This document shows, piece by piece, positions 1 through 8,011 of a DNA stretch of 64,000 nucleotides. The number at the start of each line of letters is the position of its first letter. Position 1 is the stretch's first letter. The stretch covers positions 677 to 64,676 of the forward strand of contig JACOXT010000005.1 in assembly GCA_016182235.1 (NCBI GenBank), read 5' to 3'. This stretch comes from Candidatus Levyibacteriota bacterium. GTDB taxonomy: Bacteria; Patescibacteriota; Microgenomatia; Levybacterales; UBA12049. A model generated the notes under the pieces. It was not told the DNA's origin, did no database searches, and saw only the letters and a list, made by a program, of their open reading frames with translations. Made by a program: the position numbers and the translations under genes.

Positions 1-1
1 G

Positions 2-301
2 ATGAAAAAATCGGGAGTATTGATAAATATCGGAAGAGGCGGAGTAGTAAATGAAAAAGAATTAGTTAAGGCTTTAGCTTCTAAAATTATCGCGGGAGCG
101 GCTTTGGATGTAACAGAAGAGGAACCTCTTCCCAAACAAAGTAGGCTTTGGGAGATGGAAAATGTAGTCATAACTCCGCACCATTCTGGTTGGTCAGAAA
201 GATACATGGATCGCGCGATTGATATTTTTGTCCTTAACCTTAAAGCTTACCTCCGAGGAAAGCCCTTGCCAAATCTCGTTGACAAAAAACGGGGATATTA
301 A
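2..301 (+). CDS. D-2-hydroxyacid dehydrogenase, C-terminal part (truncated by window start)
   Basis: INIGRGGVV, GAALDV..EEPLP, ITPHHSG motifs. Confidence 0.9.
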   Translation: MKKSGVLINIGRGGVVNEKELVKALASKIIAGAALDVTEEEPLPKQSRLWEMENVVITPHHSGWSERYMDRAIDIFVLNLKAYLRGKPLPNLVDKKRGY

Positions 302-378
302 TGTCTGAAAATTTGATATTATTTGATGTTGTCTATGTTATTGACAACAAACTATAATAATTATAAAGTGAATAAACA

Positions 379-759
379 ATGAAAAAAACTCAACAAAAAC
401 AACAGGAGGCCATTCTAAGCATCCTTAAACCAATTGCTAAAAGAATAGAAGAAGCAACTGTAGACATACACGAAATGAAAACAGATCTCAAATGGGTAAA
501 TCTTAGACTTAGTAACCTAGAAGGGGACACAAAAATAATGAAAGTTGACATAATAAAAGTGCGCGGAGATATAGACAATATGCGAGGAGATATGAACCAG
601 ATGAGAAGTGTACTAGAAGACAAACTAATAGGAATTGAGAATAGGCTACATAAAAGAATTACTAATGTCGCAGATTTAATTGCAATGTCCCTTGTTAAAG
701 AGTTTAAAACTGTAGATAAGAGGATTAGAAAAATTGAGCTCGCACAGCAACCCGCATAA
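379..759 (+). CDS. Hypothetical coiled-coil protein
   Basis: 126-aa heptad-rich ORF; TTGACA(341-346)-17-TAAAGT(364-369) promoter just upstream. Confidence 0.7.
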   Translation: MKKTQQKQQEAILSILKPIAKRIEEATVDIHEMKTDLKWVNLRLSNLEGDTKIMKVDIIKVRGDIDNMRGDMNQMRSVLEDKLIGIENRLHKRITNVADLIAMSLVKEFKTVDKRIRKIELAQQPA

Positions 760-799
760 CTCTTTTCAAACTATCTTCAAACTGCTAAAATAAGTTTCA

Positions 800-2026
800 A
801 TGGATAAATTAAAAAACAAAGACCACAAACAAATAGGCCAAGAATTGGAATTATTTTTCACGAACGATATCGCGCCAGGTGCTCCTTTTTGGCTACCAAA
901 GGGAATGACTATCTTTAAGGAACTGGAAAAATATATACGTGAGCTAACAGAAAAAGCAGGATATCAAGAGACTTCAACTCCAATAATGGTAAAATCTCAG
1001 CTTTTTAAAGAATCAGGCCATTGGTCAAAATTTGGCGAGCACAATATGTACAATCTTACTTTATCAGATGAGGCAGATGATACAAAACCAGTAAGTTACA
1101 CATTAAAACCCATGAATTGTCCTGAATCAACCCTTGTCTATAGATTCAGACCTCGAAGTTATAAAGAATTACCATTAAGGTTTTCCGAAATAGGAAGATT
1201 ACACAGGCGAGAAAAATCGGGTGAAGTTAACGGTCTATTAAGAGTAAGACAGCTAACAATGGACGATGCGCATATCTATGCTACAGAGGGTCAGATTTTT
1301 GATGAGGTTTCAAATATTCTAGATATGATGATTGCGTTTTATAAAAATTTTGGTTTTGAATATGAATTTAGATTTGCTACGCGCCCTGAGCAAAGAGCAG
1401 GGGGAGATGAAATATGGGATAAAGCCGAAAAGGATCTAGCGGAAGTGCTTAAAAAAAGGAGAATTAAAGCAGGAGACAAAAAAGGCGATGGGGCTTTTTA
1501 TGGACCAAAAATTGATGTTCATATAAAAGATTCTTTAGGCCGGGAATGGCAACTCGCAACAGTTCAGCTAGATTTTCATCAGCCAGAAGCATTCAGCCTT
1601 ACTTATATTGATAATGACGGTAAAGAGAGAAGACCTGTTATGATTCACAGAGCTATTTTTGGATCTTTTGAAAGATTTATCGCTATATTAACCGAACATT
1701 ATCAAGGCGCTTTCCCTTTGTGGCTATCTCCCATTCAAGTTTCAGTCCTGCCGATTGCGGATAGGCATAACGAACACGCAAAAAAAATAGCCGAAGAATT
1801 AGAAGATAACAACATAAGAGTTGCAATTGATAATAATCAAGAAACGCTGCAGTTAAAGATTCGTAACTCTACTTTACAAAAAGTACCCTATTTAGTTATA
1901 ATAGGGGATAGAGAAGTAGAGAATGGAAATGTCTCGATAAGAACTAGAGAAGGAAAGGACTTAGGACAATTAAAATTATCTTACTTTTTAAATAGATTAA
2001 AAGAAGAAATTGATAAGAAGATTTAG
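800..2026 (+). CDS. thrS: Threonine--tRNA ligase, short form lacking N-terminal TGS/editing domains
   Basis: LKPMNCP, GLLRVRQLTMDDAH, GAFYGPKID, MIHRAIFGSFERF motifs; first gene of thrS-infC-rpmI-rplT. Confidence 0.97.
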   Translation: MDKLKNKDHKQIGQELELFFTNDIAPGAPFWLPKGMTIFKELEKYIRELTEKAGYQETSTPIMVKSQLFKESGHWSKFGEHNMYNLTLSDEADDTKPVSYTLKPMNCPESTLVYRFRPRSYKELPLRFSEIGRLHRREKSGEVNGLLRVRQLTMDDAHIYATEGQIFDEVSNILDMMIAFYKNFGFEYEFRFATRPEQRAGGDEIWDKAEKDLAEVLKKRRIKAGDKKGDGAFYGPKIDVHIKDSLGREWQLATVQLDFHQPEAFSLTYIDNDGKERRPVMIHRAIFGSFERFIAILTEHYQGAFPLWLSPIQVSVLPIADRHNEHAKKIAEELEDNNIRVAIDNNQETLQLKIRNSTLQKVPYLVIIGDREVENGNVSIRTREGKDLGQLKLSYFLNRLKEEIDKKI

Positions 2027-2636
2027 CAAAAAAAGACAAGACAACAGAAGGTTCTATAGGATAAATGAGCGTATTTTTGCAAATACGCTTCGAATTTTGG
2101 ATGCAGAGGGAAAGCAAGTTGGGATTTTTTCTAGATTTGAGGCTTTAAAAAAGGCGCGTGAGAATGGTTTAGATTTGGTGGAAGTTGTTCCGATGGCAAA
2201 TCCGCCGATTGCAAAAATCATAGATTTCAAAAAATTCTTATACCAAGAAGCGAAAAAGAAGAAAGAAGAGAAAAAACGAAGTAAGATTTCAGAAACAAAA
2301 GAGATAAGATTAGGGCCTTTTATGAATGACCATGATCTTCAGGTCATGGTGAGACGAGGCACGGTATTTTTGACAAATAATGACAAAATTAGATTAATTG
2401 TAAAATTTGTCGGACGCCAGATTGCACATCCTGAATTTGGACAAGGTATAATACAAAAGGCAATTGATGGGCTGTCTGGTCTTTCAAAAATTGAAAGACC
2501 GCCTCATTTTGAGGGAAAACAGTTAATCGCGATATTATCACCAGAAAGGAAAGGAGCGCAGTCGCCCAAGGCGACGAGCTCGCCTGCAAGCGAACCCGCG
2601 TCAGACGCGGCGAAGCGGACAGGCGTGGAAACCTGA
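2010..2636 (+). CDS. infC: Translation initiation factor IF-3 (non-ATG start, repeat-like C-terminal tail)
   Basis: RINERI, GLDLVEV, PPIAKIIDFKKFLY, KEIRL motifs; synteny. Confidence 0.95.
   Translation: MIRRFSKKRQDNRRFYRINERIFANTLRILDAEGKQVGIFSRFEALKKARENGLDLVEVVPMANPPIAKIIDFKKFLYQEAKKKKEEKKRSKISETKEIRLGPFMNDHDLQVMVRRGTVFLTNNDKIRLIVKFVGRQIAHPEFGQGIIQKAIDGLSGLSKIERPPHFEGKQLIAILSPERKGAQSPKATSSPASEPASDAAKRTGVET
2556..2625. repeat. GC-rich nested palindromes in the infC 3' end
   Basis: GTCGCC-CAA-GGCGAC (2561-2575); CGCCTG..CAGGCG (2581-2625) enclosing CCGCGTC-A-GACGCGG (2596-2610). Confidence 0.7.
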
Positions 2637-2647
2637 TAATAAAGTAA

Positions 2648-2845
2648 ATGAAAAAGAAGAAAATAAAGAGCTCAGTGTCAAAAAGATTTAGAGTAACAAA
2701 AACGGGCAAGGTAATGTTTTCGCATCAATACAAATCTCATTTGAAAATAAATAAGTCGGGAGCAAGACTTCGAAGACAGAAGGAGCCAGGAGTTCTAAAA
2801 GGAAAGTTCGCCAAAAAAATAAAGCAGATGATGGGAAAGGCATAA
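2648..2845 (+). CDS. rpmI: 50S ribosomal protein L35
   Basis: KRFRVTKTGKV motif; between infC and rplT. Confidence 0.93.
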   Translation: MKKKKIKSSVSKRFRVTKTGKVMFSHQYKSHLKINKSGARLRRQKEPGVLKGKFAKKIKQMMGKA

Positions 2846-2846
2846 T

Positions 2847-3197
2847 ATGGCTAGAGTTAAAAGGGGAGTAGTATCCCGAAGAAAACATAGGAAAATTTTA
2901 GAGCAAGCCAGTGGCTATCGGGGACTAAGAAGCCGAGCACAAAGAAAAGCTCATGAGGCAATTCTCCATTCGGGAGCTTACGCTTACCATGGAAGAAAAC
3001 TTAGAAAAAGAAATTTCAGAAATCTTTGGAATCTAAGAATAGGGGAGGCGGCAAAGCAAAATGGGTTATCTTACAGCGTCTTTATAAATAAACTTAAAAA
3101 ATCAAAAATTGAGTTGGATCGAAAAATATTGAGTGATCTTGTTGTAAATGACTCAACGACTTTTAAATTCATTCTTGACAGCGTAAAAAATACGTGA
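2847..3197 (+). CDS. rplT: 50S ribosomal protein L20
   Basis: MARVKRG, RKRNFRNLW, SYSVFINKLKK..IELDRKILSDL. Confidence 0.97.
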   Translation: MARVKRGVVSRRKHRKILEQASGYRGLRSRAQRKAHEAILHSGAYAYHGRKLRKRNFRNLWNLRIGEAAKQNGLSYSVFINKLKKSKIELDRKILSDLVVNDSTTFKFILDSVKNT

Positions 3198-3203
3198 TAA
3201 AGT
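3175..3203 (+). promoter_or_regulatory. Sigma70-type promoter for Phe leader 1
   Basis: TTGACA (3175-3180), 17-nt spacer, TG-A-TAAAGT (-10 at 3198-3203). Confidence 0.7.
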
Positions 3204-3214
3204 TGTTATTAACA

Positions 3215-3268
3215 ATGAAGCAATATAGCAATATAACAATTTTTGGTTTTTACTTTACCTTCGCATAA
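3215..3268 (+). CDS. Phe-rich leader peptide 1 (pheM-like), MKQYSNITIFGFYFTFA
   Basis: Hand-translated 17-codon ORF with 4 clustered Phe codons, directly after rplT and overlapping attenuator segment 1. Confidence 0.8.
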   Translation: MKQYSNITIFGFYFTFA

Positions 3269-3344
3269 GCGGAGGTTGAGTTTAATAGAATAAACATTCA
3301 ACCTCCGGGTGTACTGAAAGGTGCATCAAAGCGGAGGTTTTTTT
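3257..3344 (+). promoter_or_regulatory. Transcription attenuator 1 (alternative hairpins plus U-tailed terminator)
   Basis: ACCTTCGC(3257-64) pairs GCGGAGGT(3269-76); CGGAGGTTGA(3270-79) pairs TCAACCTCCG(3298-3307); AACCTCCG also pairs CGGAGGTT(3332-39), followed by a T-run to 3344. Confidence 0.82.
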
Positions 3345-3464
3345 ATGCAGACCTTGTCAAGCGTAAGCGAGACTTAGAGCTGCATAATCCCGCCGAAGTC
3401 CAAAAGGACGAAGGGGGATGTTTATAAAATTGAACTGAGTTCGGTGAAAAGGAGGTGAAAATAT

Positions 3465-3725
3465 ATGTCAGTTGAAAGAAGATGGAGAATGCCAATTCCA
3501 AGACCTTATGTATTAGAGAATGATGTCAAACCAGTTAAGTTAGATTATCATTCAGACAACATTCCTAAATCGCATAGAACTCTCTCAAAGAAAAAACGCT
3601 ATGGCTTTAAAGAAAACTTTCGGCAAGGACTAAGACTGTATGGGGGTAATGTAAGGGTTGATGTTGACCTCACGCAATTGCGACTTAGTCCAACTGTACT
3701 ATTTGGAAAAAGTCCTAATTCATAA
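3465..3725 (+). CDS. Hypothetical protein (86 aa) downstream of attenuator 1
   Basis: Strong SD AAGGAGGTGA (3449-3458) before the ATG; no recognisable motif. Confidence 0.6.
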   Translation: MSVERRWRMPIPRPYVLENDVKPVKLDYHSDNIPKSHRTLSKKKRYGFKENFRQGLRLYGGNVRVDVDLTQLRLSPTVLFGKSPNS

Positions 3726-3784
3726 AAGTCTAAAAACCATTTCTTTAACGTGAAAAGAGGGTAGTTTTGTGTTATTCTAAAAGT

Positions 3785-3826
3785 ATGGAAGAAAGCCTGA
3801 TGCAGATCAAAAACTCTGCGGTTTGA
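3785..3826 (+). pseudogene. Duplicated 5' fragment of pheS (MEESLMQIKNSAV*)
   Basis: 3784-3824 matches 8011-8051 at 40/41 nt, then a stop; has its own TG-T-TATTCT -10 (3770-3778). Confidence 0.88.
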
Positions 3827-3851
3827 CAACCATAAAGCAATCTGATATTAT
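3823..3851 (+). promoter_or_regulatory. Sigma70-type promoter for Phe leader 2
   Basis: TTGACA (3823-3828), 17-nt spacer, TG-A-TATTAT (-10 at 3846-3851); ATG 7 nt later. Confidence 0.75.
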
Positions 3852-3858
3852 AACAATA

Positions 3859-3942
3859 ATGAAAATCAATTACAGCACTAACCATTTTTGGTTTCATTTT
3901 TATCCTCTCAATGGGGAGGTCGTTGCTGTTTTGAATTCATAA
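3859..3942 (+). CDS. Phe/aromatic-rich leader peptide 2, MKINYSTNHFWFHFYPLNGEVVAVLNS
   Basis: Hand-translated 27-codon ORF; DNA similar to leader 1 (shared ATTTTTGGTTT...GGAGGT). Confidence 0.68.
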   Translation: MKINYSTNHFWFHFYPLNGEVVAVLNS

Positions 3943-3995
3943 CAGCATAAGCAAGATAACTTGCGTAACGAACCTCCCAAACGGGAGGTTTTTTT
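3904..3995 (+). promoter_or_regulatory. Transcription attenuator 2 with intrinsic terminator at 3971-3995
   Basis: GGGAGGTCGTT(3914-24) can pair AACGAACCTCCC(3967-78); terminator AACCTCCC-AAAC-GGGAGGTT followed by a T-run. Confidence 0.82.
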
Positions 3996-4006
3996 GTGAT
4001 AAAAAA

Positions 4007-6895
4007 GTGAATTATATGAGCAGGGAAACTTTAGATATAAATACAAATAATTCAAACTCTGAGAACCCATTTTCTAATGAAGTTGGGAAACGTCAAAGAC
4101 TTATTGCTTCTGTGCAAAAGTTAGGTGACTTGAGAGAGTACACAGAAAGTAGCGCAAATGCCATAGGATCTTTAGAAGCTGAGGAGACGATAATAGCCAA
4201 CGCTCCATCTCTGGGACTTATTATTAATGGATCCCTTAAAGCTGCTAAAGGTGGCAGAATTAATGGAAACTCGGGTTTAGAGTCTCGTGTTGCCTCATTA
4301 CCACCTACGCAAGTAGATCAGGCTCAAGCACAAATTGATCTGCTGCTAAATACCATATCAGTTATCGGTAGTCTTGCTTCCGCCAGACGACTAGAACCAT
4401 ACTTGCCAGTTGTACTCCCTAGAACTCAAGCAGGATTTAAAACTTTAAGGCAGATCGCTGAGCAGTATGCTGAAACAATACCTCTTCCGGATAATGGATC
4501 AGGGGATATTCCTACGGCATTAAGGGTGTTAATGAATCTCGATGAGCAGTTAAGGATTGAAGGTTTAAAAGATCCAATTGTCGTTGAGGCTTTAAGTGTT
4601 TCTGCGAGACAACTAGCACAGGTGAGGTTGGAAAAGTCAAAAATAGATGGATCTGAACAAGTTTCTAAAATTAGGGCAGAACTAGCTCAACAGAGAATTT
4701 ATGCTTTGAAAAGAGAACCCGTTGAAGTACCTGGCACTCGTGGATTTTCAAGATATGAAGTTTTAGCGAATCAAATTATTGAAAGAGAGGGTTTATTTGC
4801 TCAAACTGACTCTGCTAGAGCCGAAGCAGAAGCCAGACTCAAAAGAGAGCAAGAAACAGTTTTAAATGTTATTGCTAAGAAGAGAGCAATTGGAACTGTA
4901 ATATCTTTAATTGATCAAGATCCTCTTTTATGCCAAGTATTAGCTCAAAGATCACGCCTTAATCCTGATGATTTATTAACAGCTGATCTGGGTAAAAAGA
5001 GACTGATTGCCAACAATGCTCTAAACGCTAAAAAGATTATTCTGTCCGTTGAAGATCGAAGGATGTTTAATGGACAGACTGTGATCGCAGAGGAAAGAGC
5101 AAAATTGACACAAGCCTTACTCGATCCATTATCTTTTATCGCTAGACTTACTGATGATGAATTATTAGTTATTCGGACGGGAATCTCTAAGATTTCAGAT
5201 GAGCGTTCGATATACGAATTAGCCGGTGAAAGGCTAAAAAAACAATTAGAGGATGAGGTTACAGATAGTGAGATAATTTCTGCTCTCACAGGAATACTTT
5301 CAGAACAAATACTCGTTGCCAGAGCCCCAGATGCTGTAAATGCTGCAATAGCAGAGTTGGGTATTGATGGAAGTTCGGTACTGAAAGATCCTAGCAAGCT
5401 TGATCAGTTGAAGGATGAAATAATTGCTCGTGGATTAGAATTAGTGGTTTCCGCTTCACAGGAAGAAACAAATGTAGGAAGAGCGCTTACCATAACAGAT
5501 TCCGAGAGGAGAAGGCAAAGAGAAGTCTCTCTAGCTTTAATGAGGGCACGAGAGTCAAATAGTAGAGCCTCAGATACAGAAGCTAGGTTACTTTTGGATC
5601 AAAGTATTGAAGAACCTGGCACTGATAGTTTAGGTGTTATAAAGCTAAGAGAGGATATTAAATCTACTTTAGGTCCATTCCAAACTTATCCAGAATATAA
5701 AACTACATATCCACGAGTAGTTACTCAGGCTTTAGAAAATTTGTATGGGGAATATAATCAGGCTTTTCGTCGTTTGGTCGCTGCCAATAAAGAATTCGAT
5801 ACAGAGTATCAATATTGTCTTTCACCCGATGGAACGCCTATAAACAGCTTCGTTCAAATTGATATGGTTGGATTACCAGCTGGGTTTTTGGAGCAAGCAG
5901 AAACTTTAAGAGAAGAGGATGTTAGGGAAGCTTTAAGAGGCCGAATCTTTGAAATAGAAAATTCTATAGCAATGTATTCGCTTTTAGAATACTTCTTTTC
6001 AGATGGAACACAAGATACTCTTTTTAAGAGGCAATTCCGCGGCGGTTTAGACGACATTAGACAAAAATATGGGCGACCAATCGCCCTATTGGCTGCTACT
6101 GATCAAAAATATCAGGCAATGAGAGAGACTGAATTCGGCAAAAGAGATGGTGAGCCATTAACCGATGACGAGGTGAGTGAGTATTCAGGATTTGATAAGT
6201 TCTTTTCTCCTGAGGAGTTCAAAAAATATTTAGAGGAAAATGGTGGGGAGTCTAGCTATCTTCTATATGTGCGCTCTTCCGATCCTGTAGCGAAGATGAA
6301 AAGGCCAGATTTGGTAATTGATGAGGAGCTTTTAGCAGATGAAAACTTAAGAAGAATAATTAAAGCAAATGCGCTTACTTTTAACATTGATAATCCTAAC
6401 TTGCCAATCGGAGATAGTAGACGCATAAATGATACCAAGGAATATCTTGGTGCAATGGGCATGGCTTTTCCAGTTTTTTATGGAGAGGATCTTACTTCTC
6501 CTGAGTTTAACTCCTATTTGAGATCGCAAGGTGTAGATCCAACACAAGTGGAATCCGGAGAGAGACTTTTGCGTGCTAAACCTATGAAAGGAACTTATGG
6601 AGGATATGGTCATTTTCGAGGAACCCCAGGAGATGCAAGGTTTAGACGGGAATTAAGAGACGCTTTGTTAAAAAGAGGCTCGTACGTTGTCCAGCCTGAG
6701 TTACAAAATCCTACGATAACAAACCAAGACGATGGACGCTCTTATATGTATATCGATAGAGTCTTTTTCTCCAATGATGGTCAAAATTATCGATTTATGG
6801 GTGGCGAAAGAACACTAATGCCTATTGATTCTATTGAGGCTCAAAATAATAGGGTTCATGGAAATAGTTCCTCAGTTTATGCTGAAATAATATAG
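4007..6895 (+). CDS. Large protein: helical N-terminal ~550 aa plus putative circularly permuted ATP-grasp amide-ligase domain
   Basis: Motif order FVQIDMVG...RIFEIENS...LLRAKPMKGTYGGYG...SYVVQPE...FMGG..RVHGN resembles GspS/CP-ATP-grasp ligases; start may be ATG 4016. Confidence 0.6.
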   Translation: MNYMSRETLDINTNNSNSENPFSNEVGKRQRLIASVQKLGDLREYTESSANAIGSLEAEETIIANAPSLGLIINGSLKAAKGGRINGNSGLESRVASLPPTQVDQAQAQIDLLLNTISVIGSLASARRLEPYLPVVLPRTQAGFKTLRQIAEQYAETIPLPDNGSGDIPTALRVLMNLDEQLRIEGLKDPIVVEALSVSARQLAQVRLEKSKIDGSEQVSKIRAELAQQRIYALKREPVEVPGTRGFSRYEVLANQIIEREGLFAQTDSARAEAEARLKREQETVLNVIAKKRAIGTVISLIDQDPLLCQVLAQRSRLNPDDLLTADLGKKRLIANNALNAKKIILSVEDRRMFNGQTVIAEERAKLTQALLDPLSFIARLTDDELLVIRTGISKISDERSIYELAGERLKKQLEDEVTDSEIISALTGILSEQILVARAPDAVNAAIAELGIDGSSVLKDPSKLDQLKDEIIARGLELVVSASQEETNVGRALTITDSERRRQREVSLALMRARESNSRASDTEARLLLDQSIEEPGTDSLGVIKLREDIKSTLGPFQTYPEYKTTYPRVVTQALENLYGEYNQAFRRLVAANKEFDTEYQYCLSPDGTPINSFVQIDMVGLPAGFLEQAETLREEDVREALRGRIFEIENSIAMYSLLEYFFSDGTQDTLFKRQFRGGLDDIRQKYGRPIALLAATDQKYQAMRETEFGKRDGEPLTDDEVSEYSGFDKFFSPEEFKKYLEENGGESSYLLYVRSSDPVAKMKRPDLVIDEELLADENLRRIIKANALTFNIDNPNLPIGDSRRINDTKEYLGAMGMAFPVFYGEDLTSPEFNSYLRSQGVDPTQVESGERLLRAKPMKGTYGGYGHFRGTPGDARFRRELRDALLKRGSYVVQPELQNPTITNQDDGRSYMYIDRVFFSNDGQNYRFMGGERTLMPIDSIEAQNNRVHGNSSSVYAEII

Positions 6896-6904
6896 AATTA
6901 ACAT

Positions 6905-7978
6905 ATGTTAAATAAAATTGTAAATTTAACCAAAGAGTTTGTTTCCGTTAAATCAAACTCAGATAATCCAGCTGAATTAGATAAGATATTAGAAATTGCC
7001 TTGTCGAACCTGAAGGAATTTACGATTGAGCGATTTACGAACAAAGGTGTTAAAAGCGCCTTAGTTTACAATTCCAAAAAAAGACCCTCAAAATTTAGGA
7101 TTATCCTAAATGGACATTTAGATGTGATTCCAGGAAAAGATTATCAGTATTCGCCGAAGATTAAGAACGACAAACTTTATGGTGTCGGTTCGATGGATAT
7201 GAAAGCCAGCGTGGCTTGTCTTATCATGGTTTTTAAGGAAGTGGCAGAAAAGGTTGATTATCATCTTGCTTTACAGCTAGTTACTGACGAGGAAATTGGA
7301 GGATTTAACGGCACAAAATTTCAGATAGAAAAAGGTGTAAAAGCTGATTTTGTGATTGCCGGTGAGAGCACTGGCTTACAGATTGCAAATAGGGCGAAAG
7401 GGATTTTACAAGTAAAGATTTCTACCAAAGGTAAAACTGCTCATGGAGCCTACCCGTGGAAAGGAAAGAATGCCATTTGGAAAATGAACCAATTTCTCAA
7501 CTCACTATTAAAAAAGTATCCAATTCCTTCTCGTCAAGAATGGGTAACAACGGTTAATTTGAGTAGGATCAAAACAACAAATACGTCTTTGAATAAGATT
7601 CCAGATGACTGTGAAATCTTGCTCGACATTCGATATGTTCCAGAGGAAGCAGATACTATTGTTAATGACATAAAAGAATTTCTACCCAAAGGCTTTAAGA
7701 TGGATATCTTTGAAAAAGAACCATCTCTGTTTGTCGATGACAAAAACCAATACTTAAAAATGCTCCAGAGCGTAGTCAAGCAAACTACTAAGAAGAAAGT
7801 ACGATTTTATGGTGCGCAGGGATCTTCCGATGCAAGACATTTTACGCGGGTATGTATTGATGGAATTGAATTTGGACCAATAGGTGGAGGTATTGGAACC
7901 GACAACGAATGGGTAAGTATAGAAAGTATAAAAACATATTACGACATATTAAAAACTTTTTTGCTAAAGTTAAAATAG
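6905..7978 (+). CDS. M20/M25/M40 (ArgE/DapE-like) metallopeptidase/deacylase
   Basis: LNGHLDV, LYGVGSMDMK, TDEEIGG, GKTAHGA.PW.G.NAI, NKIPD, GSSDARHF. Confidence 0.93.
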   Translation: MLNKIVNLTKEFVSVKSNSDNPAELDKILEIALSNLKEFTIERFTNKGVKSALVYNSKKRPSKFRIILNGHLDVIPGKDYQYSPKIKNDKLYGVGSMDMKASVACLIMVFKEVAEKVDYHLALQLVTDEEIGGFNGTKFQIEKGVKADFVIAGESTGLQIANRAKGILQVKISTKGKTAHGAYPWKGKNAIWKMNQFLNSLLKKYPIPSRQEWVTTVNLSRIKTTNTSLNKIPDDCEILLDIRYVPEEADTIVNDIKEFLPKGFKMDIFEKEPSLFVDDKNQYLKMLQSVVKQTTKKKVRFYGAQGSSDARHFTRVCIDGIEFGPIGGGIGTDNEWVSIESIKTYYDILKTFLLKLK

Positions 7979-8011
7979 TGCAATAACTAAAAGTATGATA
8001 ATCTTATATTT

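Noticed and set aside
3200..3460. T-box riboswitch upstream of pheS
   Set aside because: No T-box consensus (GGTGGNACCGCG) seen; a leader peptide plus attenuator explains the region
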